DNA from: Bugula neritina
Taxonomy: Eukaryota; Animalia; Bryozoa
Length of the DNA stretch: 64,000 bases
Direction of reading: 5' to 3'
Assembly: GCA_964035545.1 (NCBI GenBank)
Contig: OZ037768.1
Location: 20,319,700-20,383,699 of the forward strand
Part shown: piece by piece, positions 1 to 12,667 of the stretch
Layout: each line of letters starts with the position of its first letter
How positions within the stretch are numbered: position 1 is the stretch's first letter
The notes under the pieces: model-generated
Database searches by the model: none
Told to the model about the DNA's origin: nothing
The model's input: the letters and a program-made list of their open reading frames with translations, nothing else
Made by a program: the position numbers and the translations under genes

Positions 1-1
1 A

Positions 2-3000
2 GTAGCAAAACTGCTTATCAAGTCAGCTTCAGGAGAAAAAGAAAAAGATTTTATATTGTCTGATTCGGAGGATAAATCGACTGCCTTGCATTTTGCAGCT
101 GCACTAGGTAATGTTGATGTTGTAAAACACTTATGTGGGCTTCACAAAGGAGAGCTGCTATTTCAAGTCACAGATAATAAATGGACAGCTTTACACTTGG
201 CTAAAAACGAAGCCATAGCAAAACTTCTTATAGATTCAGTACCAGAAGCAAAACAAAGAGATTTTGTCATGTTTACAGACGCCAATTATGAATTAACTGC
301 TTTGCATATTGCATCAGCTGCTGGAAAAGCTGACCTGGTAAAATATTTGTGTAAACTAGACTGTGATGATGGTAGTATTATTGGTGCTCAAACGACAAAT
401 GGTGCAACAGCTTTACACATTGCAGGCAGCGGCGAGGTTATTGAGGCTACAGTTACCTCAATAAGTTCTCATGTGGTAAAAAACCTTTTGTTACATGAAG
501 ACAAGAAAGGGAACACACCATTACTGTCATTAGCTGAATATGGTCGCTACAAAGCCTTGGAACATCTTCTTGACTATATGAGGGATATTTATAAGCCTAC
601 TGAATTGCAGCGTCATCTGACCAAATGTAACAACAAAAAACAAAACATCTTGCATCTTGCTCCTATGTCTATTGTTTACTGTAAGCAGCTCTTTGAAGTT
701 ATGGACGATTGTATTGCTATAGAGAACATGATGCACCCTGATGTACACGGTAATACCCCTATATCTTACATTGCTGCCATAAATGAAACTGGTGTGTTTG
801 CTGCCATTATGCAGCGCCTTCCTCTGTCAAGCAGACAAAACCTTGCAGATATTTCAAACGAACAGCGGACAAGTTGTAGAAAAATTGTTCTCCAAAACAA
901 AAGTTTTGATGAAAAATATTACATCTGTAAAGTACTGTGTGATTTGGCAAAGCATAAGCTACAGAATAAGTTAAGAAAACTTATGTTCTTTTATGATGAT
1001 GTGGAAAAAAAAATAAACCACTTTAAAGATAATCCAACATATGATGGAAGGCTTTTGAAAATCTTCAAACTTTTTCTGAATGAGTATGAGTTGCTGGGGC
1101 CCGCTCTCACACCCTCGCTCATAACTCGTGCAGACGATGCGCATAAAGCTATGAAATTAGATGATCAGCTTGAGAACAAAGGGGGAATTTCAGTAAGTTA
1201 ATCTTTCTATAGTAGTTAGACTCTCTACTTTCTATATTTTTATGCTAAAGAGGAATCATGCCATTTCTGCTTTAAATAATAATCAAAATACCAGGCTGCA
1301 TTTCAGTTTATCCTAATGTTCAATATGTTTACTCACATTATCTATCAAACTCATTAAAATCACATTAATGCAGAAATTACTTTCTAATAACTTGTGATTT
1401 ACTTGATTTTCATTTCGGCCCTTTTTAAAAAATGTCATAGCACAAATTGAATGGCATATCAATCATAGTAAAAGCAATAAAGATGCAAAATCACTTGGCA
1501 AAAACTCACTCATGTATGAGACACAAAATATTTGACGTCATGGTTTACATGCGCAATCTAAAGTACTTTGTAAAACAGGAAATGACTTTGTACGTCTACA
1601 GTTCCAAGTCTATGGGCACACTGCATGTTATAACATTGGCATATAACAACCAAAAGGAAGTCCTGAAGGAAAGGGACAGTTGCACACAGAGAAGATAATA
1701 TTTCCATAAAACGTAGCAGTAAACTTAAATATAAAATTAGCTTTAAAAAACTACTATATGTAGCTGTATTGCTGTAGCAGTTTTACTTATTTATTTTAGC
1801 AGAATTTGCTATTTTATATCGTAAATTGTTTCCAAAAATTTCCAAAAGAACCAATAAGCAAGCAATGATAACACAATGCTTAGTTCCATTTTGTTGCTAA
1901 GAAATTGCTGTGTACTTCTAAAAGAAACTTAGTGACCAAAGGCTCATCGAAAATCATAGTTTCTGCTAATAATTTACTACATCTATTGATTTACACTTGT
2001 TCATGTAAATATCTCTTTAAGATTTGTGTATCTAAAACTGATATGCCAACTGCTGTTCTTTTACTAGTTTTTACCTGACGAGGAAGACTACTTCTCCCTT
2101 TTCATAGATGTTAACCTTCTGAGTGACCCAAAGCAGAAAACAGTGCAAGATGTTCTGGACCAAATGGACCTGCATATTGTCAATGGCAAGCCCAAGGTAG
2201 AAGGTGGACATTAATTTCAAATAGTATATTCACCCATTCTGTTTTTGTTGGACTGTAATGCTAATGGAAATAATAATACTGTTTAACCTATACATCTTTG
2301 ACTGAAACTACAGATGGCTTTAGCTACAGAATGATGCTTTTCTTAAATTTTTCATTTGAACATTCTTTAGAAATAGCCTCTTTTTAGTTGCCAATAATTT
2401 TCAATTCTTCACTGATGCTATACAGCCTTTAAAAAACAATTTGCAAATAATTTATGGTTTTGTTAACTTGCAGATAGCAGTCATACGAACTTGTGTTACG
2501 GAACCGGGCCTAAACCCAGTGCCACCAGGGCCTGACTACTTGCTAGTCACAGTACAGTACGACACTAATGATTATAACCGGTAAGAAGTTATCTCCCCGT
2601 ACTTGTGGAAACTTTTGAGTTTCATATGAAGCTGTTCTAATCTTTGCTGAAATTTTACAGCAAACCGTTAGCAAACATAAGACGATTCAGCTCAGTCTAC
2701 AACCTGGTCACTGAACTCTGCAAAAATCCTGGCGTACAGAAAGTAGATATTAACTCTACTCTGAACAGAAAATACTTGAGGGAGGAGAGCGAACTAGCTA
2801 TAGATGAGAATGAACTAGCTATAGAAAGGAGAAAACTAGTTATAGATGGTGGTGAAGTGGCCAAAGAAGGGGGTAATTTAGCCACAGAGAACAAAAACGT
2901 TTCCAATGCAACAGATAATAGCAGCGGATTAGTTAAAGGGAAACTGAGAAAACGTACTGACAGAGAGAAGAGTATTACATCAGCCAGTAGTGAGCTATGC

Positions 3001-5891
3001 CAGCTCATTCCTTTGACACAAACTAATCATATTCTGATAAGTGGAGACAACAGGGGGAAGGCTCTCATAATCTGCAACAACATAAAAGATAAGGGTGATG
3101 ACGAAATCACTGAGAGAAGACGTAAAGTCTTGCAGGATGCTAAAAAAGTCTTTGGTCATCACTTTGGCTGTAACATAGAAGTAAGAATTATGTCTGTTTT
3201 AAGCAATAAAACAACATTGCTAATTGAGGTTGAAAGTTTATAAGAGCAGAATTAATAAATACAAAGTATTAATGTTGTAGAACTCAGTGAATTGCAATCT
3301 TTCTGCACCGGAAATGCTTGATGCCATATCAGAATTCTCCAGATCAGATGGACATGGACCGCTGGCTATCTTGGCGATCTTTTCACATGGTAAAGATGGA
3401 ATGATATATGGACACGATAAAGCTACCAACTGCTCTGTACAGGAAGTAGTCGATAACTTCAACTTAGGACACGTGAAAAACATACCAAAGGTAATATTTG
3501 GAAAGCATAAAAATGCTGAAGCTGGTTAATATATTGCGATAGTTATTGAAATTATTTCTATGCACTTGTATTATTATGTAATTATAATATATATTTATGT
3601 CTTCACCAAATTTGTTGGAATGTACCTCAAAGGAAAAAAGCTGGTTGCTGTCAATAAACTTGTAAAGGCTTTAATTAGACAGCATATTGCAATTATCTTA
3701 TAGGCTTACTATAAATCTATTGAAAAATTATTTTTTTCGAATTGAAGTCATCTTTCCATGAACAAAAAACACTATATTTTAAGTGTGTTGCATGCAGAGT
3801 TTTAACTAAGTTTTGGAAACTGGGAGCTAGCTTTCAAATAATATTATATAAAATTTTTGTGCCCTAACTTGAACCATGCAATTTCATGTTTAAATTTATG
3901 TTAATTTTGCGTCAATTTTTCAGCTGATTTTCATATCAAGCTGCCGTGGAGAAATTCCTGCTAGGTACAACAGAACTCCTGGCAACTTTGAATCTATGGA
4001 TCAGGAGCTAGAGTGGACAAATAAACCAATCAAAAAACAGCTACTTTTCTCAACAAAAAAACAAGCATGGACGAATCTGTCATTCCCACCTTTTGATCTT
4101 CCAGTGGATTGTTATATTTGTTTCTCCACTCTGCCAGACAGCAAGTGAGTGATCGTTCGCCTCAATCAAATATTGAACTTAGCTTTTGGTGTGTGTAAAC
4201 ACAAGTGATATGTGATTATAAACACCCCGCTCTTTCTGTTATTGCTACATTAAAGGTTTTTAGAATAGCAGAGCTGGGGCCAAGTGTACTAGGTGCAGTA
4301 ACGGAAAAAACCGAGAAAAGCCTGCGTTCTTTTGTTTTTTGGCAAATTTTGGTTTAGGCAGTGAGTTAATCCTTGCATGAGAACATGAGTTCTTTTGCTA
4401 TATAACAGTTTTCATCTAGAACCAAGGCTGTTCCCACTGTCCCTGTTACTGTGTGTACCTCAGCCAAGTTACACTGATTGAGAGTTCCAAACATTTTTTG
4501 GCTTGTTGATATTAAATTAACTTTAAAGATTTAGTTGACTTTTTTCGAGTTTTAAGCAAATTGAAGTTATAAGTTGTTCAATTTAGTTTTTAGTATTGGT
4601 GGCCCTTTATCTAAATACTCATGGCTATGTTTTGATCATTATATAATTTTATGTTGCTTTAATAAAATTTACAAAAGTTTTTTGAGCAGCCAACAGCAAT
4701 TTGAATATTATCCAAGCGAGTTACTGGCTATGATACTGTAGTGGGGCACGCGGTATGTGCCTCCACGTGTCCCCTAGCCAATTAGAGATGCGTCAGGTGA
4801 CAACCCCCAGCGATGCGTAACTAGAAGGATGTTGCTGTAATTAGAGAGTGTGCTAGTAACAAGAAAGGATGTAATTGAATAGTGGAAATGTTTTGTGTAT
4901 ATCTTTTCTTAATGTGTAACTGTAAATAAATATATTCTAATCCTACTACAAACCCTCTATTACTGTGGATAAGTAAATCATAATCACAAGCTAGGAACCA
5001 CACATTAACATTGTGTAAATCACAACAATACTGTAATTCAATATCTCTTCTTTTAGTTATATATGAATTATTAAATATAGTTGAATTTTAAATTTGTCTA
5101 GCCTATAGGTACAATTTCTTTTATAGTGCTGAACACGTGACCTACCCACCGATTTCTATCACGGGAATATAGGGAATGTAATGTTTTAATATATTGACTT
5201 GCTTACGTACTAGTATGTTGATTTAAACCAATTTACGTAAGTTATCAATTGACTTCACCTAAAATAATGTTTGTTTGAAACGTGACTTGCCTTGTCTTGA
5301 CGTGGTTTTAACTGATCTCTGCAGAAAAGCGATCAAAATAAGCTGCCATTGAAGTAAAACTATTGTTTATAATAACCCGTTGAACAAGAAAATTAAGCTA
5401 GAAAATAGTAAACAAAAGACATAATGTGTTTGAAGACCAGAAGTATAACTAGTCTAAATCTATAATTATCTTCTATAGTAAACAGCCATTTTTAATTTTA
5501 TATTGAGTTAAAATGCAGTATCAATTTTATCTGCTTTCATAGATCTAAAGCTGGGGTGATGTTTGGGTGTTTTTCTAAGCACCTTTCAGACCTTACCACC
5601 AGTGCACTCTATAAACCCACACCAACTGAAAAGGAAGTGAGTCAAAAAACACCTTCGAGCGAAGAAAATAGACCAGCATCAGCAGCAGGCTCCTCTGAAA
5701 CCACCTACAGCTTGGCCCATGTAGGATCAGCCACTCCTCTCTCTCCAAGAGTAGAACTAACTGAATTACTTGCTGATGTGGCTGGCGCAGTGAGAGAAAA
5801 TTATCGATCAAGATTAACCGTCAACCTTTGTTACTCTGTGAATAGAAACAGTAAACAGATGTATATTGATCTTTTACCTGCGAAAAAGTAG
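2..5891 (+). CDS. Ankyrin-repeat protein with tandem caspase-like domains (5' partial); exons <2-1192, 2068-2196, 2474-2580, 2661-3180, 3281-3490, 3924-4144, 5543-5891 (~908 aa in window)
   Basis: Ankyrin motifs (STALHFAAALG, WTALHLA, LTALHIASAAG, GATALHIA, GNTPLL, GNTPIS). Caspase motifs RGKALIICN, IFSHG (His 3386-3388), PK|LIFISSCRG (Cys 3942-3944), DCYICFST. All introns GT-AG with matching phases (0,0,2,0,0,2). Frame open to the window start. Confidence 0.85.
2791..2895 (+). repeat. 21-bp (7-aa) coding tandem repeat in the inter-domain linker
   Basis: About 5 diverged copies of gaactagctatagatgagaat; translates ELAIDEN ELAIERR KLVIDGG EVAKEGG NLATENK. Confidence 0.7.
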
Positions 5892-6169
5892 GTAAGGCTG
5901 ACACGTACTAATGCATTTTCGCAGAATCTTATATTGCTTTTGCATTCAATATTTCATATATATATATTATAAGAATGAGGAAATTTGTAGGCACCAGAGC
6001 TTAGCTGTTCTGGTTAATGGTTATAGCAGCTATTATTTAATTTTTTTCATGTTATATCAATTTACAATATTATATAATGTCGATTTAGATAAGTTATTGT
6101 GTCTGTTATATATATATATTAGATTGTATTGCAATGTGATACATTGTAGTATTATGCTACTTCTTCTGG

Positions 6170-6352
6170 TGTCCGGTAAAATGGCACAGGTAATAATGGC
6201 ACAAATGGCAATGCAGGTGAAAATTGCACATTTTCATTATTATGGTTTGGGGTTTGGGAAAATTTAACATATGTATGCCAATTTGACCTACTTTTCCATT
6301 TGTGCTATTTTAACCTGTGCCAATTTTACCTGTACCATTTTTACCTAAAATC
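6170..6352. mobile_element. MITE/foldback-like element with internally repeated inverted arms
   Basis: Left arm repeats ggtaaaatggcaca-like units; right arm repeats the reverse complement (tgtgccaattttacc, tgtaccatttttacc). Confidence 0.6.
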
Positions 6353-6860
6353 ATGTCTGCTATTATATTGCACTGTGTTCTATTACAATTACAGTAGTTT
6401 TATTGCAATCATTGTCAAATAAATACTAATTAAGAGGCTAAACTATTTGTCTTATCCACCATGAACAAAGAAAGCCTCAGTAGAAAGTCTTTAGCTGTTC
6501 CAGTCAATTTATTTTCTATGTTCTAGATTTAAATTTATTTATCTAAAATTTCATAGCATTATATAGTCATTTACTTCGATTATTGAGCATAAATATTTGC
6601 TGTTTTTCATTTTTCCTTTCGATCCTTTTAATGCTAATTTTCAATTTATTTATTTACAAAGTATCAGATTGGATTTGTGTCATTCTGACAAGAATAAAAC
6701 ATACTTTTCAGCCCAAATTTCTTTTTTAAGTTCATAATTTTATTTTATGAAGACACTTTTGATCATCTTGCATGTCTAGAATGTATCAAGCTAGTCAATA
6801 GGGAAATACTCTAGCAATAAAATCTGCCTTGTAGTTAATAGATGCTTTGTGCTGCTCTAG

Positions 6861-6924
6861 CACACACTCGCGCGCACACACACGCACACACACACACGCA
6901 CACACACACACGCACACACACACA
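6861..6924. repeat. (CA/CG)n microsatellite
   Basis: Direct inspection. Confidence 0.9.
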
Positions 6925-7764
6925 ATGGGATGTATGTATATTATTGAGTGTGTACAGCAGCTGTTTTAGGGGTTGTTCCCTCGTAAGCACAGAACAGAGC
7001 ACCATATGGCTTACATCTTCACCATGGATGAAACTTGCATATTTAAAAAATGTGTAAACGCAATCATCAGATAGCACTAGTAACTCTAATTCTATGAGTT
7101 ACAAACTTTCGTATTGCTAAGCAGTTTGAATTTCTGAACATGGTGTATAGAGAACTCATGCCTGACAGTAAAGTGCAAATAAGCTGAAAAGAGAAGATAA
7201 CTCAAACACAGTTGTAGTTATTCTGTAGCATTGCATTTGAGATAGTTTAAACTCAGGCTGTATTACTGCACATAGTCAGTGTGGAGTGCAATGAGGCATT
7301 ACACATGACTGCATGCAAAGTAATTGCACTGCAATGTGACATGAGTACAGCTATCTATGGAGGAGTTGAATAGTTTGAGTGAGATTCACCAGGAATTGTC
7401 TTCTCAACTTATTACTGATCTGCCTTTTGCTGTATAGCCTACTGTCAGACCACAAAAACAAGAATCTATGTTTGAGAGTACATTAGACTTGGCTGTTCTA
7501 ATAATACACGGTTCCTTCTTATATACTGGTTTATTGTCCTTAGTGCTGCATGCTAAGGTTGAGAAGCATTTCACAGTTTTACCATGGAAATTTAATAGCA
7601 AAATTGTGTGTAAAATAAAACTTAATAGCTTCAATAAAAATAAAAATCACGGATTAGGATTGTTCAATATACATAATCAGTTTCTAAATATTTTTAACAA
7701 TATCAATTACTGGTTAGAAGATAAATAGTATCAATACAGAGCAAATAATAAAACTTTGATGCAT

Positions 7765-9171
7765 TTACAAAAGTAACACCATGACAAATGTAAACATAGT
7801 TGCAATATGTGGCATTATGGTACTGCTACCACTGTCTGTTGTGCTTGTTTTAGGAGTTGGTTTAGTGGTTGGTTTTTTAGGAGTTGTTTTAGTGGTTGGT
7901 TTGGTGGTTGGTGTCTTAGGAGTTGGCTTAGTGGTTGGTTTGGTGGTTGGTTTGGTGGTAGGTTTAGTTGTTGGTTTAGTGGTTGGTTTAGTGGTTGGTT
8001 TGGTGGTTGGTTTGGTAGTTGGTTTGGTGGTTGGTTTGGTGGTAGGTTTAGTTGTTGGTTTAGTGGTTGGTTTAGTGGTTGGTTTGGTGGTTGGTTTAGT
8101 TGTTGGTTTAGTGGTTGGTTTAGTGGTTGGTTTGGTGGTTGGTTTAGTGGTTGGTTTGGTGGTAGGTTTAGTTGTTGGTTTTGTGGTTGGTTTAGTTGTT
8201 GGTTTGGTGGTTGGTTTAGTGGTTGGCTTAGTGGTTGGTTTAGTGGTTGGTTTAGTGGTTGGTTTGGTAGTTGGTTTGGTAGTTGGTTTGGTAGTCGGTT
8301 TGGTAGTTGGTTTAGTGGTTGGTTTTGGTTTAGTGGTTGGTTTAGGGGTTGGCTTAGTGGTTGGTTTTGGTTTAGTGGTTGGTTTGGGGGTTGGTTTAGT
8401 GGTTGGTGCGACTGTAGTGTTGTGTTTGTGAGGAACATCTACGACTTTAGGTGGAGCTGCTCCATCAATCACTGCTATGAGAACTACACCTACAATAGAC
8501 ATGTATTACTTCATCAGAGCACATATCTTTAGCATACAGTTTAGTCATACAGAGCTATTGTTTTAAATATCTTATATATTGAAACTGGTAAATAATTTGA
8601 TTATAGTAATAATTGATGAATTGTAAAACTATTTTTATCATCTTCAATGTGTTTCAATATACAATAACTGAAATGCCGAGAAAGTTTGAGTTTACCTTTA
8701 TATTTTTATACATAGTGTAAAGACATATTGAACGGTAACGTTTAGCTCTATAAGAGTTCTAAAGTAAAGCACTACAGTCACAACATGTACCGTCTATTAG
8801 ATCAGTGGTTGTTAACATTACTCTGATGCTCTTCCTAACATCACCAATGGCCTTTGTCTAGGCTCGAACCCATGACCTTCGTGCTTACTAGGCAAACGCT
8901 CTAACCCCTAGACCACGGCTGCTCCATAGTGTATTTAAATTTTACTTACAGCATATTTATGTTGTACCTACAATATACCTACAGTTCCTATATTTCACCT
9001 ACAGTGTACCTACAGTGTACCTACAGTGTACCTACAGTGTACCTACAGTGTACCTACAGTGTACCTACAGTGTACCTACAGTGTACCTACAGTGTATTTA
9101 CAGTGCACTTACAAGGTGTAGGCAATCGTTTACTTACCAAGTATAGCTAGAATAATTGTGTTCAGCTTCAT
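7765..9171 (-). CDS. Secreted, probably GPI-anchored Thr/Lys/Pro-rich mucin-like protein; complement(join(7765..8489,9138..9171)), 252 aa
   Basis: Exon ATG AAG CTG AAC...CTT G|gtaagt joins in phase 1 to ttgtag|GT GTA, giving signal peptide [21 protein letters not shown]. Then a long TTKP array and C-terminus [23 protein letters not shown] typical of a GPI signal. Possible 5'UTR exon ending at 9821 (ctgaag|gtatgt). Confidence 0.85.
7850..8405 (-). repeat. 12-bp coding tandem repeat (accactaaacca; TTKP)
   Basis: Variation between units is mostly at third codon positions of the TTKP frame. Confidence 0.95.
8822..8925 (-). mobile_element. tRNA(Thr-AGT)-derived SINE, partial copy
   Basis: A-box-like tggtctaggggttag and B-box ggttcgagcc, followed by ccattggtgatgttaggaagagcatc; no acceptor stem; close match to the copy at 32516. 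Confidence 0.75.
8985..9105. repeat. 11-bp minisatellite (cagtgtaccta)n
   Basis: Direct inspection; lies in the mucin gene intron. Confidence 0.9.
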
Positions 9172-10392
9172 GTTGAGAAATTCGTTAGCAACAAGAATTC
9201 AGATCTGCAATTATTTACAAAATTATTTACAACTTTCCATAGAACATTCTTTCAGAAATAAAAAGTGAGAACAATTAAGCTACCATTCTGTAAGCAGGTG
9301 TTTTGCGTGATTAAAAAATGGCAAAATAATGTTTGACAATGATAGGAATACAAGTGAATGATACGACAATACTTTATTACTTTTTAACAATCTCTGTTTC
9401 TCTTATTCAGATAACTATAAACCCATTGCTTAATAAACATAAAATAAATGCCTGATTGCAATTGCTCTTGATTGGTTTACTCTAAGAAGCATTTGTTCAA
9501 AAATAAAGAAAAGCTAGCATAATAAAAAAGAGCAGCTATAATTTGCATTATTTAAAATATGAGAAAATTTCAAAGTTAATTTTTAAATAATTTTTTGAAA
9601 ACTGTCACGTAGAATTGTTCTATCATGTTCTAATTTAAAAATAATTTGCCTTCTTTCATCAATAATCAGATATTACTTGCATGTGCGTGCAGGTTGTTGC
9701 AAAAAACTAGCTGAAAAGTATTTCAACAAAAATATAAATCTTTTGAAACAGAAAGGGATTCTAACCTACCAGCGTAACTATAATTCACAGCATATCATCA
9801 ACAACACATGTGCTACATACCTTCAGTTTGATTTTGTCAATTCGCCGGCTCTACCAAAGCTCAAGTGATCTCAACTCTCTCAAACATGTGCATTAAAGCT
9901 CAGCCTGGGGGGTTTTTATCTACAACTGTTTAGATAAGGGGGAGGAGCCTGATAAGGAAGTTGCATCATTCAGCAAATATCATGGGTTGGGAGTTGTGTC
10001 GAAATCTACATTTTCCGTTGATGGGAAGTTTATGGCTCTTTTCTGCACTCCATCTGCATGAGAAGGCATGTTTGAGTGCAAATGTACTAATCAGCCTTGT
10101 GACCACCTTGTGACCATGTTATCATCACCTTGTGACCACCTTGTGATCATAGAGCTTTACTACATGCTGTTATATACATAACATACACTCATTAGTATCC
10201 ATGAGCAAGACACTCATATTCACCTACTCTTTTATTCCACATAGTTTTATTTTATAAGAATTATTATAAACACACGAGTTTCTATTCTTGACATATAAGC
10301 ATATGTACTAGCATGTATCATAGTATACATATTGTTATTAAACACCTATAGTGTATGATGCTTGTATCGTATAAAAAAACTTATACAAGTGG

Positions 10393-10508
10393 TATGTGTG
10401 TGTGTGTGTGCGTGTGTGCATGTGTGCGTGTGTGCATGTGTGCGTGCGTGCATGTGTGCGTGCGTGTGTGCGTGCGTGTGTGCATGTGTGCGTGCATGCG
10501 AGTGCGTG
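10393..10508. repeat. (TG/TGCG/TGCA)n compound microsatellite
   Basis: Direct inspection. Confidence 0.9.
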
Positions 10509-11464
10509 ATGACTGAAAGTAAAATTTGCAAGACAAATGTAGGATTTGAAAAATTTGAAAGCACCAGTGTTCCAGATAATGACCTCACAAAAGCATTGGT
10601 ATAGCCACATTTCAAACCAAATCTTATAAAGACAATTAAAGAACTTGGACTACATCTTTTCACGGCCACAGTTGAACTCAACTTAGGCATACAAATAGTA
10701 AACAAGGCAGATTAGAATCTTTTGACCTTATTAAGTTAGGTACCTGTACAAGTTTTATAATTGTAAAGAAGATTGTGAAAACTAAAATCGAATTTATATC
10801 TCAGAGCAATTCTGACCATAGTATAAAACTGTAGAGTGTAGACTTTATAAATTTGATGGCTGCAGTAGAAGCCGGTTCCTTTTGATATTCATGAGTAACA
10901 ACAAGCTTGTGACAGTTAGTTCCTTATTAGAAATATTCAGAGCATTTTGTTCATTGTTTTATCTAAATAGCTAAAACAGTGATTATGTTTATATTATTAT
11001 ACAAAAACTGCATTTATTGTGAAATTTACATAATTCAATAATAAAACTAATTCCTACTTGCTGTTTTATACATTTATCTTGTCAAACAGTTTAGTCATTT
11101 AGCACTTAAGTAGATCATTCTGTGTCTCTTGTGACCTCATTGTACTGTATACTGCATGTATAGCCATTCTTGTCACGCAACTGACAATATTTGTCATGTT
11201 GTTTCTCAGCAACAAAACTGACAATCAAATGTCCCAACTATTTTGATGAACTAGCTAGACTATACTTTTTAAGTTAGGCTGTAAAAGCCTAAACTAACTG
11301 TTATACTAATCTTATTTTCAGCAAAAACCTTTACCTTTAATTTCTCAGGCAGCCATTATCAGAAAATAATGGAAAAATATGCAATTTTCATGTTAGAGAT
11401 TATAACATTAAGGACGTTTACACCAGCTTTCGCCTTAACATGTCACAATACTAAAGTATGACAC

Positions 11465-11765
11465 CATATGTATACTAGTATGATGTAATATGTGTACTAG
11501 TATGATATAATATGTATACTAGTATGATATAATATGTATGCTAGTATGATATAATATGTATACTAGTATGATATAATATGTATACTAGTATGATATAATA
11601 TGTATACTAATATGATGTAATATGTATATACTAGTATGATGTAATATGTGTACTAGTATGATATAATATGTATACTAGTATGATATAATATGTATACTAG
11701 TATGATATAATATGTATACTAGTATGATGTAATATGTATACTAGTATGATATAATATGTATACTA
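11465..11765. repeat. 22-bp minisatellite (tatactagtatgatataatatg)n
   Basis: About 13 near-identical copies. Confidence 0.9.
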
Positions 11766-12598
11766 CTTAAACCCTGGTTAAATGCTACTATATTATTCTG
11801 TAGTTAACTTGTTTAAAGGGCTACAGAGTTTTCAGCAACTACTTTGTGGAGTAAATACAGTGGTAGTATCTCTGCCATGTTTTGGGTGTCCCCTAAACTG
11901 AAGCGGGAAGCCCCTCCCCCTCCCCCCTCCCTCCATATTTTCCTAATACACTCACAAGCCTAAGTGAAATATGTGATTAAATAGTTGATGGTTTGACATA
12001 AAGCTGGTGGTAAAACTCCATGAAATAATAAAAACTAAAGCCAATTCGAGTTGTTGTAGCCATTGTCCTTGTCTAGTTGAACAGCTCCAAACATGATCAG
12101 TTTCTCTGACTCATCTAGTTTATTTTCTCCTGTTTGTGTATATTGTTTATATATGTTGTAAAAATACAGATTATATTAAACAAGTTAACATCAGTATAAT
12201 AAACGACTTTTGTGGACATCTCAGCAATAGACTGATTAAATGCACATACGACACACAGAGGATAATATTGGTTCTTTATTCTTAAAATGTTGTTTAATCT
12301 AAAATGAATTTATGCATTTTCTTATTTTGCTTGATTGAAATTGCGGTCTGGGATAAGATGACAAACAAATTCAAACTGTTTTTTTGCATTTTACTTTCTA
12401 AGACTTAAGTAAAAAAGTTGAGGCATCTTATAGGCAGTAAAACTATAGCATCTATGCAACTGTTCGTGTACCCACACCAAGTTTTTTAGAGAAGTTATTT
12501 ATTGAATGTGTTGCTACGTATTATATGTAATATGTATTAAAACTGCTTATAAGCCCTCATCTTGTAAAGTTATACTCTACCCATGTATAAAACTTTTA

Positions 12599-12667
12599 CC
12601 CCACTGGGATTCGAACCCCGAGACCTCCGATTTACAAGCAGGCACGCTAAACATTACGTCACAGGGG
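12599..12667 (-). mobile_element. tRNA(Thr-TGT)-like pseudogene or SINE head
   Basis: Reverse complement CCCCTGTGACGTAATGTTTAGCGTGCCTGCTTGTAAATCGGAGGTCTCGGGGTTCGAATCCCAGTGGGG: B box intact, anticodon stem mismatched. Confidence 0.55.

Noticed and set aside
2108-2196. Acceptor ttcatag at 2107 as the start of caspase-gene exon 2
   Set aside because: Gives an immediate stop in phase 0 after exon 1; the acceptor at 2067 keeps frame.
7781-8532. Long overlapping ORFs (GLVV)n, (GWFS)n and (NQPL)n
   Set aside because: Stop-free by-products of the 12-bp repeat; only the TTKP frame has a signal peptide, GPI-like tail and synonymous-type variation.
8822-12667. Functional tRNA-Thr genes at 8850-8925 and 12599-12667
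   Set aside because: Acceptor or anticodon stems do not pair properly and the first has a dispersed homologue with a SINE body; tRNAscan-SE would settle it.
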